Part shown: in pieces, positions 21,662 to 32,249 of the stretch | Numbering within the stretch: position 1 is the stretch's first letter | Layout: every line of letters begins with the position of its first letter | Assembly (NCBI GenBank): GCA_963676795.2 | Contig: CAXXTB010000001.1 | Span: forward strand, 1,056,001 to 1,120,000 | Length of the DNA stretch: 64,000 nucleotides | Direction of reading: 5' to 3' | Origin: Geopsychrobacteraceae bacterium | GTDB lineage: Bacteria > Desulfobacterota > Desulfuromonadia > Desulfuromonadales > Geopsychrobacteraceae | Notes under the pieces: generated by a model | Databases searched by the model: none | Told to the model about the DNA's origin: nothing | Seen by the model: the letters and a program-made list of their open reading frames with translations, nothing else | Translations under genes and position numbers: made by a program

Positions 21662-23248
21662 ATGGAATCTGAGAGTCTCCAGAGTCTTTTCGATAGCACC
21701 TTTTCGAGAATTTACCAAGTTCGGGAATCGTTCACCCCGCAACTGACGCTCCGGGATGTCGGCACCATTGCCAGTGTCTCCACCGGTATTGCCAAGGTGG
21801 TGGGGTTGCCCGGTGTCGGTTTTGATGAGCTGGTCAGCTTTCCCGGCGATCTGCTCGGAATCGCGTTCAACCTTGATGAGGACGAAATCGGGGTGGTTCT
21901 GCTGGGCGAGTACTGGCATCTCCACGCCGGCGCTGAGGTTCAGCGCAGCGGCCGGGTCATGGACGTGGCTGTTGGCCCCGAATTGCTCGGTCGCGTTATC
22001 GATCCGCTCGGTCGGCCGCTCGACGGCAACGGTCCGCTGATCACTGACAGACGACTGCCTGCCGAACGCCCCGCTGCGGCAATCATGGACCGCGCTCCGG
22101 TCAAAACCCCGCTCCAGACCGGACTCAAGGTTATCGATGCGCTTATTCCGATCGGTCGGGGGCAGCGAGAGTTGATTCTCGGCGACCGCCAGACCGGCAA
22201 GACCGCCATTGCCATAGACACGATTCTCAATCAGCGCGGCAAGGATGTCCTGTGTATCTATTGCGCCATCGGCCAGCGCGCTTCCTCCGTGGCCAAGACC
22301 GTGGCGAGCTTGCGCGATAAGGGTGCGCTCGAGTACAGCGTTGTCGTGGTGACCGAGGGGAACGACCCGCCGGGACTTGCCTATATCGCACCTTACGCAG
22401 CAACCAGTATCGGCGAGTTTTTCATGGAAGAGGGACGTGATGTGTTGATTGTTTATGATGATCTCACCCATCATGCCCGCGCCTACCGAGAACTTTCTCT
22501 GTTGCTGCGTCGTCCGCCCGGCCGCGAAGCCTTTCCCGGCGACATCTTCTACATCCACTCGCGCCTCCTCGAACGGGCAACCCATCTGGTTCCGGACCTC
22601 GGCGGCGGCTCGCTGACCGCGTTGCCGATCATCGAAACCGAAGCGCAGGATATTTCCGCCTATATTCCCACCAATCTGATTTCCATTACCGATGGCCAGA
22701 TTTATCTGTCCCCCTCGCTGTTTGAATTGGGGGTCCTCCCGGCGATCGATGTCGGCAAATCGGTGTCGCGGGTTGGCGGTGCCGCCCAGCACGCCGCCTA
22801 TCGGGCCGTGGCCGGTGACCTCAAGCTCGCCTACGCGCAGTTTGAGGAACTCGAAACCTTCTCCCGATTTGGCGCCCGGCTGGATGAGAATACCCGCCAG
22901 ATCATCTCCCACGGCCGATGCATCCGTGCCTGTCTGAAACAACCGGAATTTTCGCCGGTTTCGGTCCCCGCCCAAATCGTCATACTGCTGGCGTTGACCG
23001 CAAAATTTTTCGATTCAGTGCCGCTTGAACAGATGCCGGAGGCCGAAAAGGCCCTGCGCGCAGCGGCAGTTGAGATCCCGGTGGCGGTGAATGAACGCCT
23101 GACCAGCGCTGAACAATTGAGTGATGAAGACCGTGAAACGCTGCTTCAGATCGCCCGAACAGCGCTGATTCCTTTCCAGGCCGCGCAAAACCCCGGGTCG
23201 CCAGCGGAATCTGATCCAACTACACCGGCATCCGAGGAGGTGTCATGA
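21662..23248 (+). CDS. atpA: N-ATPase F1 alpha subunit
   Basis: [50 protein letters not shown]. Confidence 0.97.
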   Translation: MESESLQSLFDSTFSRIYQVRESFTPQLTLRDVGTIASVSTGIAKVVGLPGVGFDELVSFPGDLLGIAFNLDEDEIGVVLLGEYWHLHAGAEVQRSGRVMDVAVGPELLGRVIDPLGRPLDGNGPLITDRRLPAERPAAAIMDRAPVKTPLQTGLKVIDALIPIGRGQRELILGDRQTGKTAIAIDTILNQRGKDVLCIYCAIGQRASSVAKTVASLRDKGALEYSVVVVTEGNDPPGLAYIAPYAATSIGEFFMEEGRDVLIVYDDLTHHARAYRELSLLLRRPPGREAFPGDIFYIHSRLLERATHLVPDLGGGSLTALPIIETEAQDISAYIPTNLISITDGQIYLSPSLFELGVLPAIDVGKSVSRVGGAAQHAAYRAVAGDLKLAYAQFEELETFSRFGARLDENTRQIISHGRCIRACLKQPEFSPVSVPAQIVILLALTAKFFDSVPLEQMPEAEKALRAAAVEIPVAVNERLTSAEQLSDEDRETLLQIARTALIPFQAAQNPGSPAESDPTTPASEEVS

Positions 23249-24129
23249 GCGAAACCACGGTCAGTCTGCGGCGTAAGATCGGTTCGGCCGGGGATCTCCG
23301 GGCCGTGGTGCGGACGATGAAGGCTGTGGCCGCTTCGAGCATCGGCCAATATGAACAAGCGGTGCTCGCTATCGGCGACTACTATCACTCGGTCGAGCTG
23401 GGGCTTGGCGCCTGCTTCCGGGAAAACGGGATGCCTCCCATGCAGACAGAGCCAAAGAGGTCAGGGGGGACTGCTGTAATTGGCGCAGTTGTCTTTGGTT
23501 CAGATCAGGGGCTGGTGGGCCAATTTAATGAAGTTGTCGCTGATTTTGCGGTGAAGATGCTGGCCACTCACCCCTTAGACAAGGTTGCGGTCTGGGTTGT
23601 CGGTGAGCGCGTGCAGACGCGCCTGGCGGACGCGGACCTGCCGCTTTTCGGGAACTTCCCGGTGCCGAACTCGGTCAAGGCCATCACCCCACTGGTCGGA
23701 CAGCTTCTGTTCGCGAGTGAGATGCGGCTTAATACAGGTGAAATCAGCGAACTCCGGCTCTATTATAACCGCCCCGGAGGCGGGGCGGTCTACACCCCAG
23801 TCAGTCAGCGTCTGTTGCCGCTGGACGAGGCCTGGCGTGACAGACTGGCGAAACGGCCCTGGCCGCCAGGCAGTCTACCAGAAGTTTCAGAGCGTGGATC
23901 CGCGACCTTGAAGGCGCTAATCCGTGAATATCTTTTTGTTTCGCTGTTCCGGGCCTGTGCTGAATCTCTGGCCAGCGAAAACTCCAGCCGGCTGGCGGCC
24001 ATGCAACGCGCGGAAAAGAACATCGACGAGTTACTCGGGTCCCTGACGCTGAATTTTCAACAATTACGGCAAAGTAGTATCGATGCCGAGCTGTTTGATG
24101 TCATCTCCGGATTTGAGGCCCTCAAGTGA
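23245..24129 (+). CDS. atpG: N-ATPase F1 gamma subunit
   Basis: [42 protein letters not shown]. Confidence 0.95.
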   Translation: MSETTVSLRRKIGSAGDLRAVVRTMKAVAASSIGQYEQAVLAIGDYYHSVELGLGACFRENGMPPMQTEPKRSGGTAVIGAVVFGSDQGLVGQFNEVVADFAVKMLATHPLDKVAVWVVGERVQTRLADADLPLFGNFPVPNSVKAITPLVGQLLFASEMRLNTGEISELRLYYNRPGGGAVYTPVSQRLLPLDEAWRDRLAKRPWPPGSLPEVSERGSATLKALIREYLFVSLFRACAESLASENSSRLAAMQRAEKNIDELLGSLTLNFQQLRQSSIDAELFDVISGFEALK

Positions 24130-24210
24130 GCAAAACCATGAGTCTCCAGATCCAAGGCATAAGCCCGTTTTTCAACATTCTTCCTCTTGGAAAGAGGGAG
24201 GGGGACGTCC

Positions 24211-25674
24211 ATGGCTAAGCAGGCGGCCGAGCTTCGCTACGCAGTCCGTTTTCGTGTGGTCTTAAAGTATTTCGGACAACTCTGTCTGGTGCTCGCCATC
24301 CTGACTATGGTGCCTCTGATGGTATCGCTGATTTTTGGCGAGAGGGTCATCACCCTGAGATACGCAGTGGTGATCTGTGGGCTCGCAGGCCTGGGGTGGT
24401 GGCCCTCCCGCATGCGGACCCCTTCCCGCGTGCAGGCCAACGAGGGAATGACGCTGGTGACCCTGATGTTTCTTTTCACTCCGCTCGTCATGAGCTATCC
24501 GCTGATGAGTTCGGGGTTGAGTTTCGCAGATGCTTTCTTCGAAGCCGTTTCCGCCGTGACGACCACGGGACTGAGTGCCAGGGAGACGCTCGTCGACGCA
24601 TCGAAGAGCTTTCTGTTCGCACGCGCCTGGATGCAGTGGTATGGAGGACTGGGTATCGTCGTCCTCTCTCTTGCTCTGGTCATGGAGCCGGGGCTGGTGG
24701 CCAAGGGGCTGGCCGTTGCCGAGGCGGAAAGAGACGATCTGGCCGGCGGTACGCGAGCTTATGCCCGGCGCGTGCTGAAAGTTTACGGCATCCTGACCGT
24801 CCTTGGTATCATCGGTTGTCTGGCTTTGAACGTCCATTTTTTTGATGGCCTGCTGTATACCTTTGCCGCAGTTTCGACCGGTGGCTTTGCTCCCCATGAT
24901 AACAGTCTCGCAAACCTGAGCTGGTTCGCGCAGGGCTGGATCACCCTGTTGTGCCTCGCCGGAGCGACCCCGTTTATGGTCTATTATCTGAGGTTAAAGG
25001 CGCAAAAACATGGCAACGTCGGCCTGCTGCAACTGAAAGCCATTGTCATTGCCGGTGTGACCGTTTCCCTGGCGGTGGGAGGTACCATGCAGCTGAGTGG
25101 TGTGATGGCCTGGCCACAGATTCTCCATCATGCCCCCTTGCTCTCCTTTTCCGCGCAGACCACCGCCGGGTTTGCTTCGTTCCCCTGTGCGCAACTCGAT
25201 TCCGGATCGAAACTGATTTTGACCTTCTCGATGCTCGCCGGCGGCGGCATCGGCTCGACAGCCGGTGGTTTCAAGCTGCTGCGACTGTTGATGGCCGTGA
25301 GCCTGCTGCGGCTGATTCTGCTGCGCACCTGCCTGCCGAAACATGCCGTCATCGAGCCGCGCCTGGCAGACCGGCGACTACAGGATGAAGAGATCCGTGC
25401 GGCCCTGTTGCTCATGCTATTGTATATCGGCGGCGGCGTTTTGTCCTGGCTGCCGTTTGTGACCATGGGCTACAGCCCGCTCGACTCCTTGTTCGAAGTG
25501 GGATCGGCACTGGGAACGGCGGGACTGTCAGTGGGGGTAACGAGTACTTCTTTGCCCGCACTGCTCAAAGGAATCCTGTGCGCCGACATGCTGATGGGGC
25601 GTCTAGAAATCATCGCCTGGCTGGTTTTGCTGTTTCCCGGGACCTGGGCCGGCCGGAGAATGGAGCTAACATGA
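24211..25674 (+). CDS. trkH: TrkH-family K+ uptake membrane protein
   Basis: Four pore loops: TTTGLS, STGGF, TTAGF, GTAGLS; GSTAGGFK; MGRLEI. Confidence 0.92.
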   Translation: MAKQAAELRYAVRFRVVLKYFGQLCLVLAILTMVPLMVSLIFGERVITLRYAVVICGLAGLGWWPSRMRTPSRVQANEGMTLVTLMFLFTPLVMSYPLMSSGLSFADAFFEAVSAVTTTGLSARETLVDASKSFLFARAWMQWYGGLGIVVLSLALVMEPGLVAKGLAVAEAERDDLAGGTRAYARRVLKVYGILTVLGIIGCLALNVHFFDGLLYTFAAVSTGGFAPHDNSLANLSWFAQGWITLLCLAGATPFMVYYLRLKAQKHGNVGLLQLKAIVIAGVTVSLAVGGTMQLSGVMAWPQILHHAPLLSFSAQTTAGFASFPCAQLDSGSKLILTFSMLAGGGIGSTAGGFKLLRLLMAVSLLRLILLRTCLPKHAVIEPRLADRRLQDEEIRAALLLMLLYIGGGVLSWLPFVTMGYSPLDSLFEVGSALGTAGLSVGVTSTSLPALLKGILCADMLMGRLEIIAWLVLLFPGTWAGRRMELT

Positions 25675-26369
25675 GAACGGTTTTTATCGGCGCCGGAAAG
25701 GTGAGTATCGGAACTGCCAAGGCATTGGTTAAAAAGGGGCACGAAGTGGTCATTATCGAAACGGACAAGGCCCGAATCGATGAATTGGCCGAAGAGATGG
25801 ACTGCAGCTTTTTGCTGGGCGATGGCAGCCAGCCGAACATCCTGCGCGAAGTCAATCCGACACAGACCGATATCCTCTATTGTCTGGCCGACAGCGACCA
25901 GGCCAACGTGATTGCCAGCCTCATCGGTCGTTCCCTTGGTTTCAAACGGATCGTGACGAGTATCGGGGATCCGCAGTTCGAGGAGATTTGCCATGAGCTC
26001 GGACTGCAGGACACGATCATCCCCTCTCGCACCATCAGCCGTTACCTGGAGGACATGGTCGGGGGGACGGAAAACGTCGACCTTTCCGCGGTTATCAAGG
26101 ACGAGGCCCGTTTTTTTACCTTCAGCGCCGGACCCGAAGCCGCAGTTCCGGTCGCAGAGCTGAATCTGCCGGCCGATTCCCGCGTCATCTGCTACTACCG
26201 CGATGGCCGTTTCGCCCTCGCAGACGATCTGACGAAGCTGCAAGAAGATGATGAGGTCGTGGTTCTCACCCATAGTAAGAATATGGCCGCGTTGCAGAAA
26301 CTTTGGCTGACGAGGCCTGTAGAGGACGAGCCGACGCGTGGCAAAGACAAAGGATCCAAGCGTACTTGA
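25671..26369 (+). CDS. trkA: TrkA-family RCK regulatory subunit
   Basis: IGAGKV NAD-binding RCK_N plus RCK_C; overlaps trkH stop. Confidence 0.9.
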   Translation: MRTVFIGAGKVSIGTAKALVKKGHEVVIIETDKARIDELAEEMDCSFLLGDGSQPNILREVNPTQTDILYCLADSDQANVIASLIGRSLGFKRIVTSIGDPQFEEICHELGLQDTIIPSRTISRYLEDMVGGTENVDLSAVIKDEARFFTFSAGPEAAVPVAELNLPADSRVICYYRDGRFALADDLTKLQEDDEVVVLTHSKNMAALQKLWLTRPVEDEPTRGKDKGSKRT

Positions 26370-26435
26370 GACCCGCTAGGCGGCCTGTTGCCGTCTTGGG
26401 ATTGCGGAGCTCCAAATTCGACGGGACATGAAATC

Positions 26436-28982
26436 ATGATCAAACCGACTCGGGTCAGCCATCCGCTCTATAATCTTCTCCCCACGGAAATAGAAGGGTT
26501 CGATTCCCTGGCCGAACTGGCTCTGGATATGTGCTGGTCGTGGAATCATGCGACAGATGGTCTGTGGCAGCAGCTCGATCCCGAGCTGTGGCAGTTCACT
26601 CATAACCCTTGGGTTGTCTTGCAGACGGTCTCACGCGATCGGATCGAGAAGGTGCTGGCCGATCCCGTTTTTCGTAATAACCTGGATACTCTGGTCCGAA
26701 CCAATCGTCAGGCGCTGGCCGTACCTGCCTGGTTTCAGCAATATCATGCGCAGTCGGCCCTGAACTGTGTTGCCTATTTCAGCATGGAATTCATGTTGAG
26801 CGAAGCGCTGCCGATTTATTCCGGCGGACTTGGCAATGTTGCCGGTGATCAACTCAAATCCGCCAGCGACCTGGGAGTTCCGGTGGTTGGCGTAGGACTG
26901 CTCTATCAACAGGGTTATTTCCGCCAGGTGATCGACAAGAACGGCAAGCAGCAGGCGCTCTACCCCTACAATGATCCCGGACAGTTGCCGATTACCCCTT
27001 TGCGTCAGGACAATGGCGAATGGCTGCGATTAAAAATCGCCTTGCCCGGTTACTCGCTCTGGTTGCGCGCCTGGCAGGTCCAGGTCGGCCGCGTCAAGCT
27101 CTATCTGCTTGACAGTAATGACGCGGCCAACTTTCCGGCTCACCGCGGGATTACCAGCGAATTGTATGGCGGAGGCCCGGAATTGCGTCTCAAGCAGGAA
27201 CTGCTTCTCGGCATCGGCGGTTGGCGCCTGCTCGATGCGCTGGGGCTTCAGCCGGAAGTCTGTCATCTGAATGAAGGTCATGCGGCTTTTGCAGTGCTGG
27301 AACGCGCCTGCAGTTTCATGCAAAAGACTGCTCAGCCCTTCGACGTGGCGCTCGCTGCCACCCGAGCGGGCAACCTCTTCACCACCCATACCGCTGTCGC
27401 CGCGGGCTTCGACCGATTCTCCCCAGCACTTATCGAACAATATCTCGGCGGTTATGCCGAGCAGCAGCTCGGCTTAAGTCTGCATGAATTACTCTCTTTG
27501 GGGCGCCAGAACCCGGATGCTGCGACGGAACCTTTCAATATGGCCTATCTGGCGGTCCGGGGGAGCGGCGCGGTCAACGGCGTGAGTTGTTTGCACGGGG
27601 ACGTCAGTCGACATCTTTTTGCGCCGCTTTTCCCTCACTGGCCGGTCAACGAAGTGCCCGTCGGGCACGTCACCAATGGTGTCCACATGCCGAGCTGGGA
27701 CTCGGCTGAAGCTGACGATCTCTGGACCAGCGCCTGTGGCAAGGAACGCTGGCTCGGCACGATAGAAAATCTGGAGCATGACATTCGCTGCGTGTCCGAC
27801 GATAAACTCTGGACCTTTCGTATCGCCGCCAGCAAGACCCTGATTGGCTATGCCCGCGACAGGTTATCCAGGCAATTGGCCGCCTCCGGCGCCACATCCG
27901 AGGAGGTGGCAAAAGCGAAGCAGCTGTTTGATCCCAACGTCTTGACCCTGGGATTTGCACGGCGCTTCGCCAGCTATAAAAGACCAAACCTGCTGCTGCA
28001 CGACCCAGAGCGGCTATTGCGCCTGCTGACCAGCTCTCAGTACCCAGTTCAATTGATCATTGCCGGCAAGGCCCACCCGGCCGATCAGGCCGGGCAGGAT
28101 CTAATTCATGAATGGATAACCTTCATCAGGCGACCGGAAGTGCGCCCACATGTGATTTTTCTCAGTGATTACGACATGCTTTTGACCGAACAGTTGGTCC
28201 AGGGGGTGGACGTCTGGATCAACACGCCGCGTCGCCCTTGGGAAGCCTGCGGCACCAGCGGCATGAAGGTCCTAATCAACGGCGGCCTCAATCTGTCGGA
28301 ACTTGATGGCTGGTGGGCAGAGGCCTATAAGCCTGAGCTGGGCTGGGCGTTGGGCGACGGACTGGAGCATGACAACGATCCTGCTTGGGATGCAACAGAA
28401 GCCGAAGCTCTTTACAGGTCGCTTGAACAGGAGGTTGTCCCAGAGTTTTATGCCCGCAATAATCAGGGTGTTCCCACCGCCTGGGTGACACGTATGCGAG
28501 AAAGCATGGCGCGCTTGACACCGCAATTTTCTGCCAACCGGACGGTTCGCGAATACACCGAAAGATATTACCTTCCGGCTGCCGTAAACTACAATTCCCG
28601 CGCTGCCGGGCAAGGCACGACCGCTGCGGCGGTCAGCCATTGGCAGCAGGGGTTAGAGCGCAATTGGGCAAACATCCGCTTCGCTGAAATGACGATCACG
28701 ACCACCGATGAATGTCATTTATTTGAGATTCAGGTTTATCTCAACGGCATCAACGCTGACGAGGTGCAGGTTGAACTGTACGCCGATGGGTCAAACAGGG
28801 GGGAACAGATCCGACTGGCGATGAGTCGTCTCCGCCAGTTAGTCGGTGCAGAGAATGGTTATGCCTACAAAGCACAGGTCCCGGCGTCTCGTCCGTCTGG
28901 GGATTATACAGTGCGGATCATTCCCCACTTTCATGGGGCAACAATTCCGCTCGAAGCGCGGCAGATCCTCTGGCAGCGTTAA
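26436..28982 (+). CDS. glgP: Alpha-glucan (glycogen) phosphorylase
   Basis: AYFSMEF, YSGGLG, HLNEGHAAF, ARRFASYKRP, EACGTSGMK PLP-lysine motif. Confidence 0.95.
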   Translation: MIKPTRVSHPLYNLLPTEIEGFDSLAELALDMCWSWNHATDGLWQQLDPELWQFTHNPWVVLQTVSRDRIEKVLADPVFRNNLDTLVRTNRQALAVPAWFQQYHAQSALNCVAYFSMEFMLSEALPIYSGGLGNVAGDQLKSASDLGVPVVGVGLLYQQGYFRQVIDKNGKQQALYPYNDPGQLPITPLRQDNGEWLRLKIALPGYSLWLRAWQVQVGRVKLYLLDSNDAANFPAHRGITSELYGGGPELRLKQELLLGIGGWRLLDALGLQPEVCHLNEGHAAFAVLERACSFMQKTAQPFDVALAATRAGNLFTTHTAVAAGFDRFSPALIEQYLGGYAEQQLGLSLHELLSLGRQNPDAATEPFNMAYLAVRGSGAVNGVSCLHGDVSRHLFAPLFPHWPVNEVPVGHVTNGVHMPSWDSAEADDLWTSACGKERWLGTIENLEHDIRCVSDDKLWTFRIAASKTLIGYARDRLSRQLAASGATSEEVAKAKQLFDPNVLTLGFARRFASYKRPNLLLHDPERLLRLLTSSQYPVQLIIAGKAHPADQAGQDLIHEWITFIRRPEVRPHVIFLSDYDMLLTEQLVQGVDVWINTPRRPWEACGTSGMKVLINGGLNLSELDGWWAEAYKPELGWALGDGLEHDNDPAWDATEAEALYRSLEQEVVPEFYARNNQGVPTAWVTRMRESMARLTPQFSANRTVREYTERYYLPAAVNYNSRAAGQGTTAAAVSHWQQGLERNWANIRFAEMTITTTDECHLFEIQVYLNGINADEVQVELYADGSNRGEQIRLAMSRLRQLVGAENGYAYKAQVPASRPSGDYTVRIIPHFHGATIPLEARQILWQR

Positions 28983-29093
28983 GTCGGCAGACCATGATAC
29001 GGTGCGGATGGCGTCATTGGCTTGCTGATGGATCATCGACGCGGGGATTCTGGATAACCGCCGCTCAAGCCCGGGAAATCATGGGCACAAACG

Positions 29094-29128
29094 AAAAAAG
29101 CACCTAGCTGATTCAGCTAAGTGCTTTT
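29094..29128 (-). terminator. Terminator of tRNA-Asp copy 1
   Basis: AAAAAAGCAC-CTAGCTGATTCAGCTAA-GTGCTTTT. Confidence 0.7.
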
Positions 29129-29134
29129 ATATAA

Positions 29135-29211
29135 TGGCGGGGCTGACGGGACTTGAACCCGCGACCTCCGGCGTGACAGGCCGGCGTTGTAACCGACTCT
29201 ACTACAGCCCC
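29135..29211 (-). tRNA. tRNA-Asp(GTC) copy 1
   Basis: GGGGCTG..CAGCCCC acceptor stem, anticodon arm CCGGC-CTGTCAC-GCCGG, TTCAAGT T-loop, encoded CCA. Confidence 0.96.
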
Positions 29212-29431
29212 GTAGAAGCCTTGTGCGTTGAAGCGGAGCGCAACTTACAATATTCTGAATTGAACTGCAACCGAAAAATTACGGACTGGACCCCGTTCCT
29301 GTCGGTTGGTGCTCTTCATGCCGTCAGCTTGGCAAAAAAAAACAGATCCGGACTTGTCGTAGAGCTGTATCTCTTGTGTAAAAATAAAAAAAGCACCTGG
29401 CCGTAAACAGTCAGGTGCTTTTTCATATAAA

Positions 29432-29508
29432 TGGCGGGGCTGACGGGACTTGAACCCGCGACCTCCGGCGTGACAGGCCGGCGTTGTAACCGACTCTACT
29501 ACAGCCCC
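29432..29508 (-). tRNA. tRNA-Asp(GTC) copy 2
   Basis: Identical to copy 1, 297 nt offset. Confidence 0.96.
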
Positions 29509-29726
29509 GTAAAAGCCTTGTGCGTTGAAGCGGAGCGCAATTTACAATATTCCGAAATGAACTGCAACCGAAAAAAACATATTTTTCATTTTTTACGTCA
29601 TGGTTTGTTGATGTCTGTATCATGTGGTCGCAGCTGTCGAAAACAGATAATCTTCAGCTGAATTGGCCTTAGTCCTGCGGTCTTTGATAGAATAGTTTCC
29701 AGATGCAAAGCGCAAAGGAGTTGACC

Positions 29727-30131
29727 ATGTCTCCTGTTTTTCCTCTGGAAATATTTTATGACGGTTCGTGTCGGATCTGTTCGGCTGAGATGGCGTCTTA
29801 CCGGAAGCGCAACCACGAGGGGCGATTGCTGTTTATCGACATCTCTGCCCCTGAATTCGATCCCGCAGTGATTGGTAAGGGCAGGGAAGAACTGATGAAA
29901 GTTTTGCATGTTCGCGATGCTGCCGGTCAGTTCCACCTGGGTATCGACGCCTTTATCAGCATATGGGAGTCTTTTCCGCCGGGATCCGCGCCGCGCCTGT
30001 TGAGTGTGCTGGTCGGTTTTCCCGGGATCAATCTGCTGGCCAGGGGTGGTTACCATCTGTTTGCCCGCAATCGTCATCTGTTGCCGCGCAAGGCAAGCGA
30101 TTGTCGGGATGGCAGTTGCCGGATGTCGTGA
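29727..30131 (+). CDS. DCC/DUF393 thiol-disulfide oxidoreductase family protein
   Basis: IFYDGSCRIC (DxxCxxC), G.DAF..IW, Y.LFARNR. Confidence 0.85.
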   Translation: MSPVFPLEIFYDGSCRICSAEMASYRKRNHEGRLLFIDISAPEFDPAVIGKGREELMKVLHVRDAAGQFHLGIDAFISIWESFPPGSAPRLLSVLVGFPGINLLARGGYHLFARNRHLLPRKASDCRDGSCRMS

Positions 30132-30154
30132 TTTAAATTTCACATGGAGATTTT

Positions 30155-30901
30155 ATGCAGGTTTTAGGAATTGATATCGGCGGGAGCGGGATCAAGGGGG
30201 CGCTTGTCGATACGTCAAACGGTGAACTGGTTTCCGAGCGGTTGCGCCTGGAGACTCCCCAGCCGGCAACCCCTGAGGCTGTTGCCGCGACTGTTGCCGA
30301 ACTGGTGGCCAGGTTTGGGTGGCAGGGGTGTATCGGCTGTGGTTTTCCGGCAATCATCCGCAACGGCACGGCTTTTTCTGCGGCGAATATCGATACTGGC
30401 TGGATCGGCGTGGATGTCGAGACCCTGTTAGAAGAGGCAACCGGCTGTCCCGTCAGGGTCGTCAACGACGCTGATGCCGCCGGGATTGCTGAAATGAGGT
30501 ACGGCGGCGGTATCGGCCAGTTGGGGGCGGTCCTGATCCTGACCCTGGGCACCGGGATCGGTTCGGCTCTTTTTCATCAAGGACAGCTGTTTCCCAACCT
30601 GGAACTTGGTTTTCTGCCGTACAGGGGAGCGCCGATCGAACACTACGCTGCAGCGGCCGTCCGTAAGCAGGAAAAGCTCAGCTGGAAAGTCTGGAGCAAG
30701 AGACTCAACCGTTTTTTGCAGATGAGCGAACGGTTACTCTCTCCGGACCTGATCATCATCGGTGGTGGCGTCAGCCGCAAGAGCGAAAAATTTCTGCCGT
30801 TACTTGAGACCGGGGCGGAAGTGATCCCGGCCCAATTACTCAATCAGGCCGGGATCATCGGTGCTGCATCCTTTGCTGCGGATCATGCTGGCAAGTCCTA
30901 A
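30155..30901 (+). CDS. ppgK: Polyphosphate glucokinase-like ROK kinase
   Basis: [59 protein letters not shown]. Confidence 0.85.
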   Translation: MQVLGIDIGGSGIKGALVDTSNGELVSERLRLETPQPATPEAVAATVAELVARFGWQGCIGCGFPAIIRNGTAFSAANIDTGWIGVDVETLLEEATGCPVRVVNDADAAGIAEMRYGGGIGQLGAVLILTLGTGIGSALFHQGQLFPNLELGFLPYRGAPIEHYAAAAVRKQEKLSWKVWSKRLNRFLQMSERLLSPDLIIIGGGVSRKSEKFLPLLETGAEVIPAQLLNQAGIIGAASFAADHAGKS

Positions 30902-31641
30902 CTGTTTTTCAGTGTGGCATCGAGGTATTCAAGAAACCTCTTCCACGATTTTTCATCGGCGACCTTGTGGTAGCGCGAGCTGCCAAACACCGTAAAAGCG
31001 TGAGGCGCACCGCTGTAGGTGATCATTTCATGGGGAAGCTGCTGTTTTTCCAGCTGCTCAGCCAGTGAGGCGAAGTCGCTCATGGTCACTGCTGTGTCCG
31101 CTGTGCCGTGGAGGATCAGCAGCGATCCTTTGGTTTTTGAATAATCCTGTCCTTCGGGGGTGGTCAGCCCGCCATGAAAGGTGACGAAGCCTTTCAGTTC
31201 TTTTCCTGAACGCGCATATTCCAGAGTGACCGCCCCGCCGAAACAGTAGCCCATGGCCACCGCATTATTGACGTTGGCGCCCTGCGCTTGTGCCGCAGCA
31301 TAGGCGCCGTCCAGCAGTGCCCGCATCCGCGTCCGATCCTGATAGAGTGCTCCGGTCAGTCGCTTGTTGTCGTCGACCGACTGGGGACGGTTCTGCTTGC
31401 CGAACATGTCTGCAGCAAACACGGCATAGCCTTCGGCTGCGAGCATCTCGGCGCGTTTCATTTCATAGTCGCCCAGCCCGTCCCAGTCGTGGATCAGGAT
31501 GACCAGTGGCGCCTGTGCAGAAGGAGAGATGTAGTAACCTTCAAAGGTTTCTCCGTTGACCTGATAATCCACGGGATGGCCGGCAGCATAAAGGGTAGAT
31601 GATGCTGCCAGTAACAGAAGTGTCATCAACAGCTTTTTCAT
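30898..31641 (-). CDS. Exported dienelactone hydrolase family protein
   Basis: Signal peptide; HDWDG, GYCFGG nucleophile, HGTAD, HAFT. Confidence 0.88.
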   Translation of the reverse strand: MKKLLMTLLLLAASSTLYAAGHPVDYQVNGETFEGYYISPSAQAPLVILIHDWDGLGDYEMKRAEMLAAEGYAVFAADMFGKQNRPQSVDDNKRLTGALYQDRTRMRALLDGAYAAAQAQGANVNNAVAMGYCFGGAVTLEYARSGKELKGFVTFHGGLTTPEGQDYSKTKGSLLILHGTADTAVTMSDFASLAEQLEKQQLPHEMITYSGAPHAFTVFGSSRYHKVADEKSWKRFLEYLDATLKNS

Positions 31642-31741
31642 TGTTTGCTCCTCTCGGCAAAATGTTTACCAATATGGTCAATATTATGTCGAAAGGACGG
31701 TTCAATACTAGGGGGGACGCTCATTTTTAAGGCTTAAGTGG

Positions 31742-32239
31742 CTAGCTTACAGCCTGTTTTTCAAGCTCTTCCCTGATCAGGAGATCGGCATTGCTGATCA
31801 TTTTTTGTAGTCCCTGTTCTACGGGGGGGGAGAGTGTCATTTCCATCTCGATACTCTGGGCCTGGATACCGATCAGCCTGACGGTTGCCGGGCGGTCGCC
31901 GATCAGTTCTGCGGTCGCGAGCAGATCCTGCAGTCCGACCTGGTGGGGGGAGACCTTCGATTCCATGACGGTGTCGATATCCTCCCCTTCGATAAGGACC
32001 ACCGTCCCCGGAGGTTCGCCGATATTGACTGCATCGAGCAGCAGCAGACTGTCGGCCCAGCCGATCAGATGAAGAAGGGCCAGCCCTTGAGTTCCACCGT
32101 CGACAATCTGAAAGTTTTGCGTATCCGGATAGCGTTTTTGCAGTTCATAGGCCGCCTGAAGCCCGGCAGCATCATCGTTCATCAGCAGATTGCCGAGCCC
32201 CAGGACGAGGAAATTGGATGTTCTGGTCGCTGTGGCCAT
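31742..32239 (-). CDS. Hydrogenase maturation protease (HyaD/HybD family)
   Basis: LVLGLGNLLMNDDAAG, VDGGTQG, LLLDAV, SPHQVGL. Confidence 0.92.
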   Translation of the reverse strand: MATATRTSNFLVLGLGNLLMNDDAAGLQAAYELQKRYPDTQNFQIVDGGTQGLALLHLIGWADSLLLLDAVNIGEPPGTVVLIEGEDIDTVMESKVSPHQVGLQDLLATAELIGDRPATVRLIGIQAQSIEMEMTLSPPVEQGLQKMISNADLLIREELEKQAVS

Positions 32240-32249
32240 AGGTTTCCGT

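Noticed and set aside
21506..22975. 489-aa minus-strand ORF, and similar long antisense ORFs at 34064-35035, 39998-41155, 43586-44683, 51413-52429 and 56073-57356
   Set aside because: Shadow frames of well-supported GC-rich genes on the opposite strand, with no recognisable motifs.
29134..29661. ORFs beginning MAGLTGLEPATSGV, and similar ORFs at 50798 and 61521
   Set aside because: They are translations of tRNA genes.
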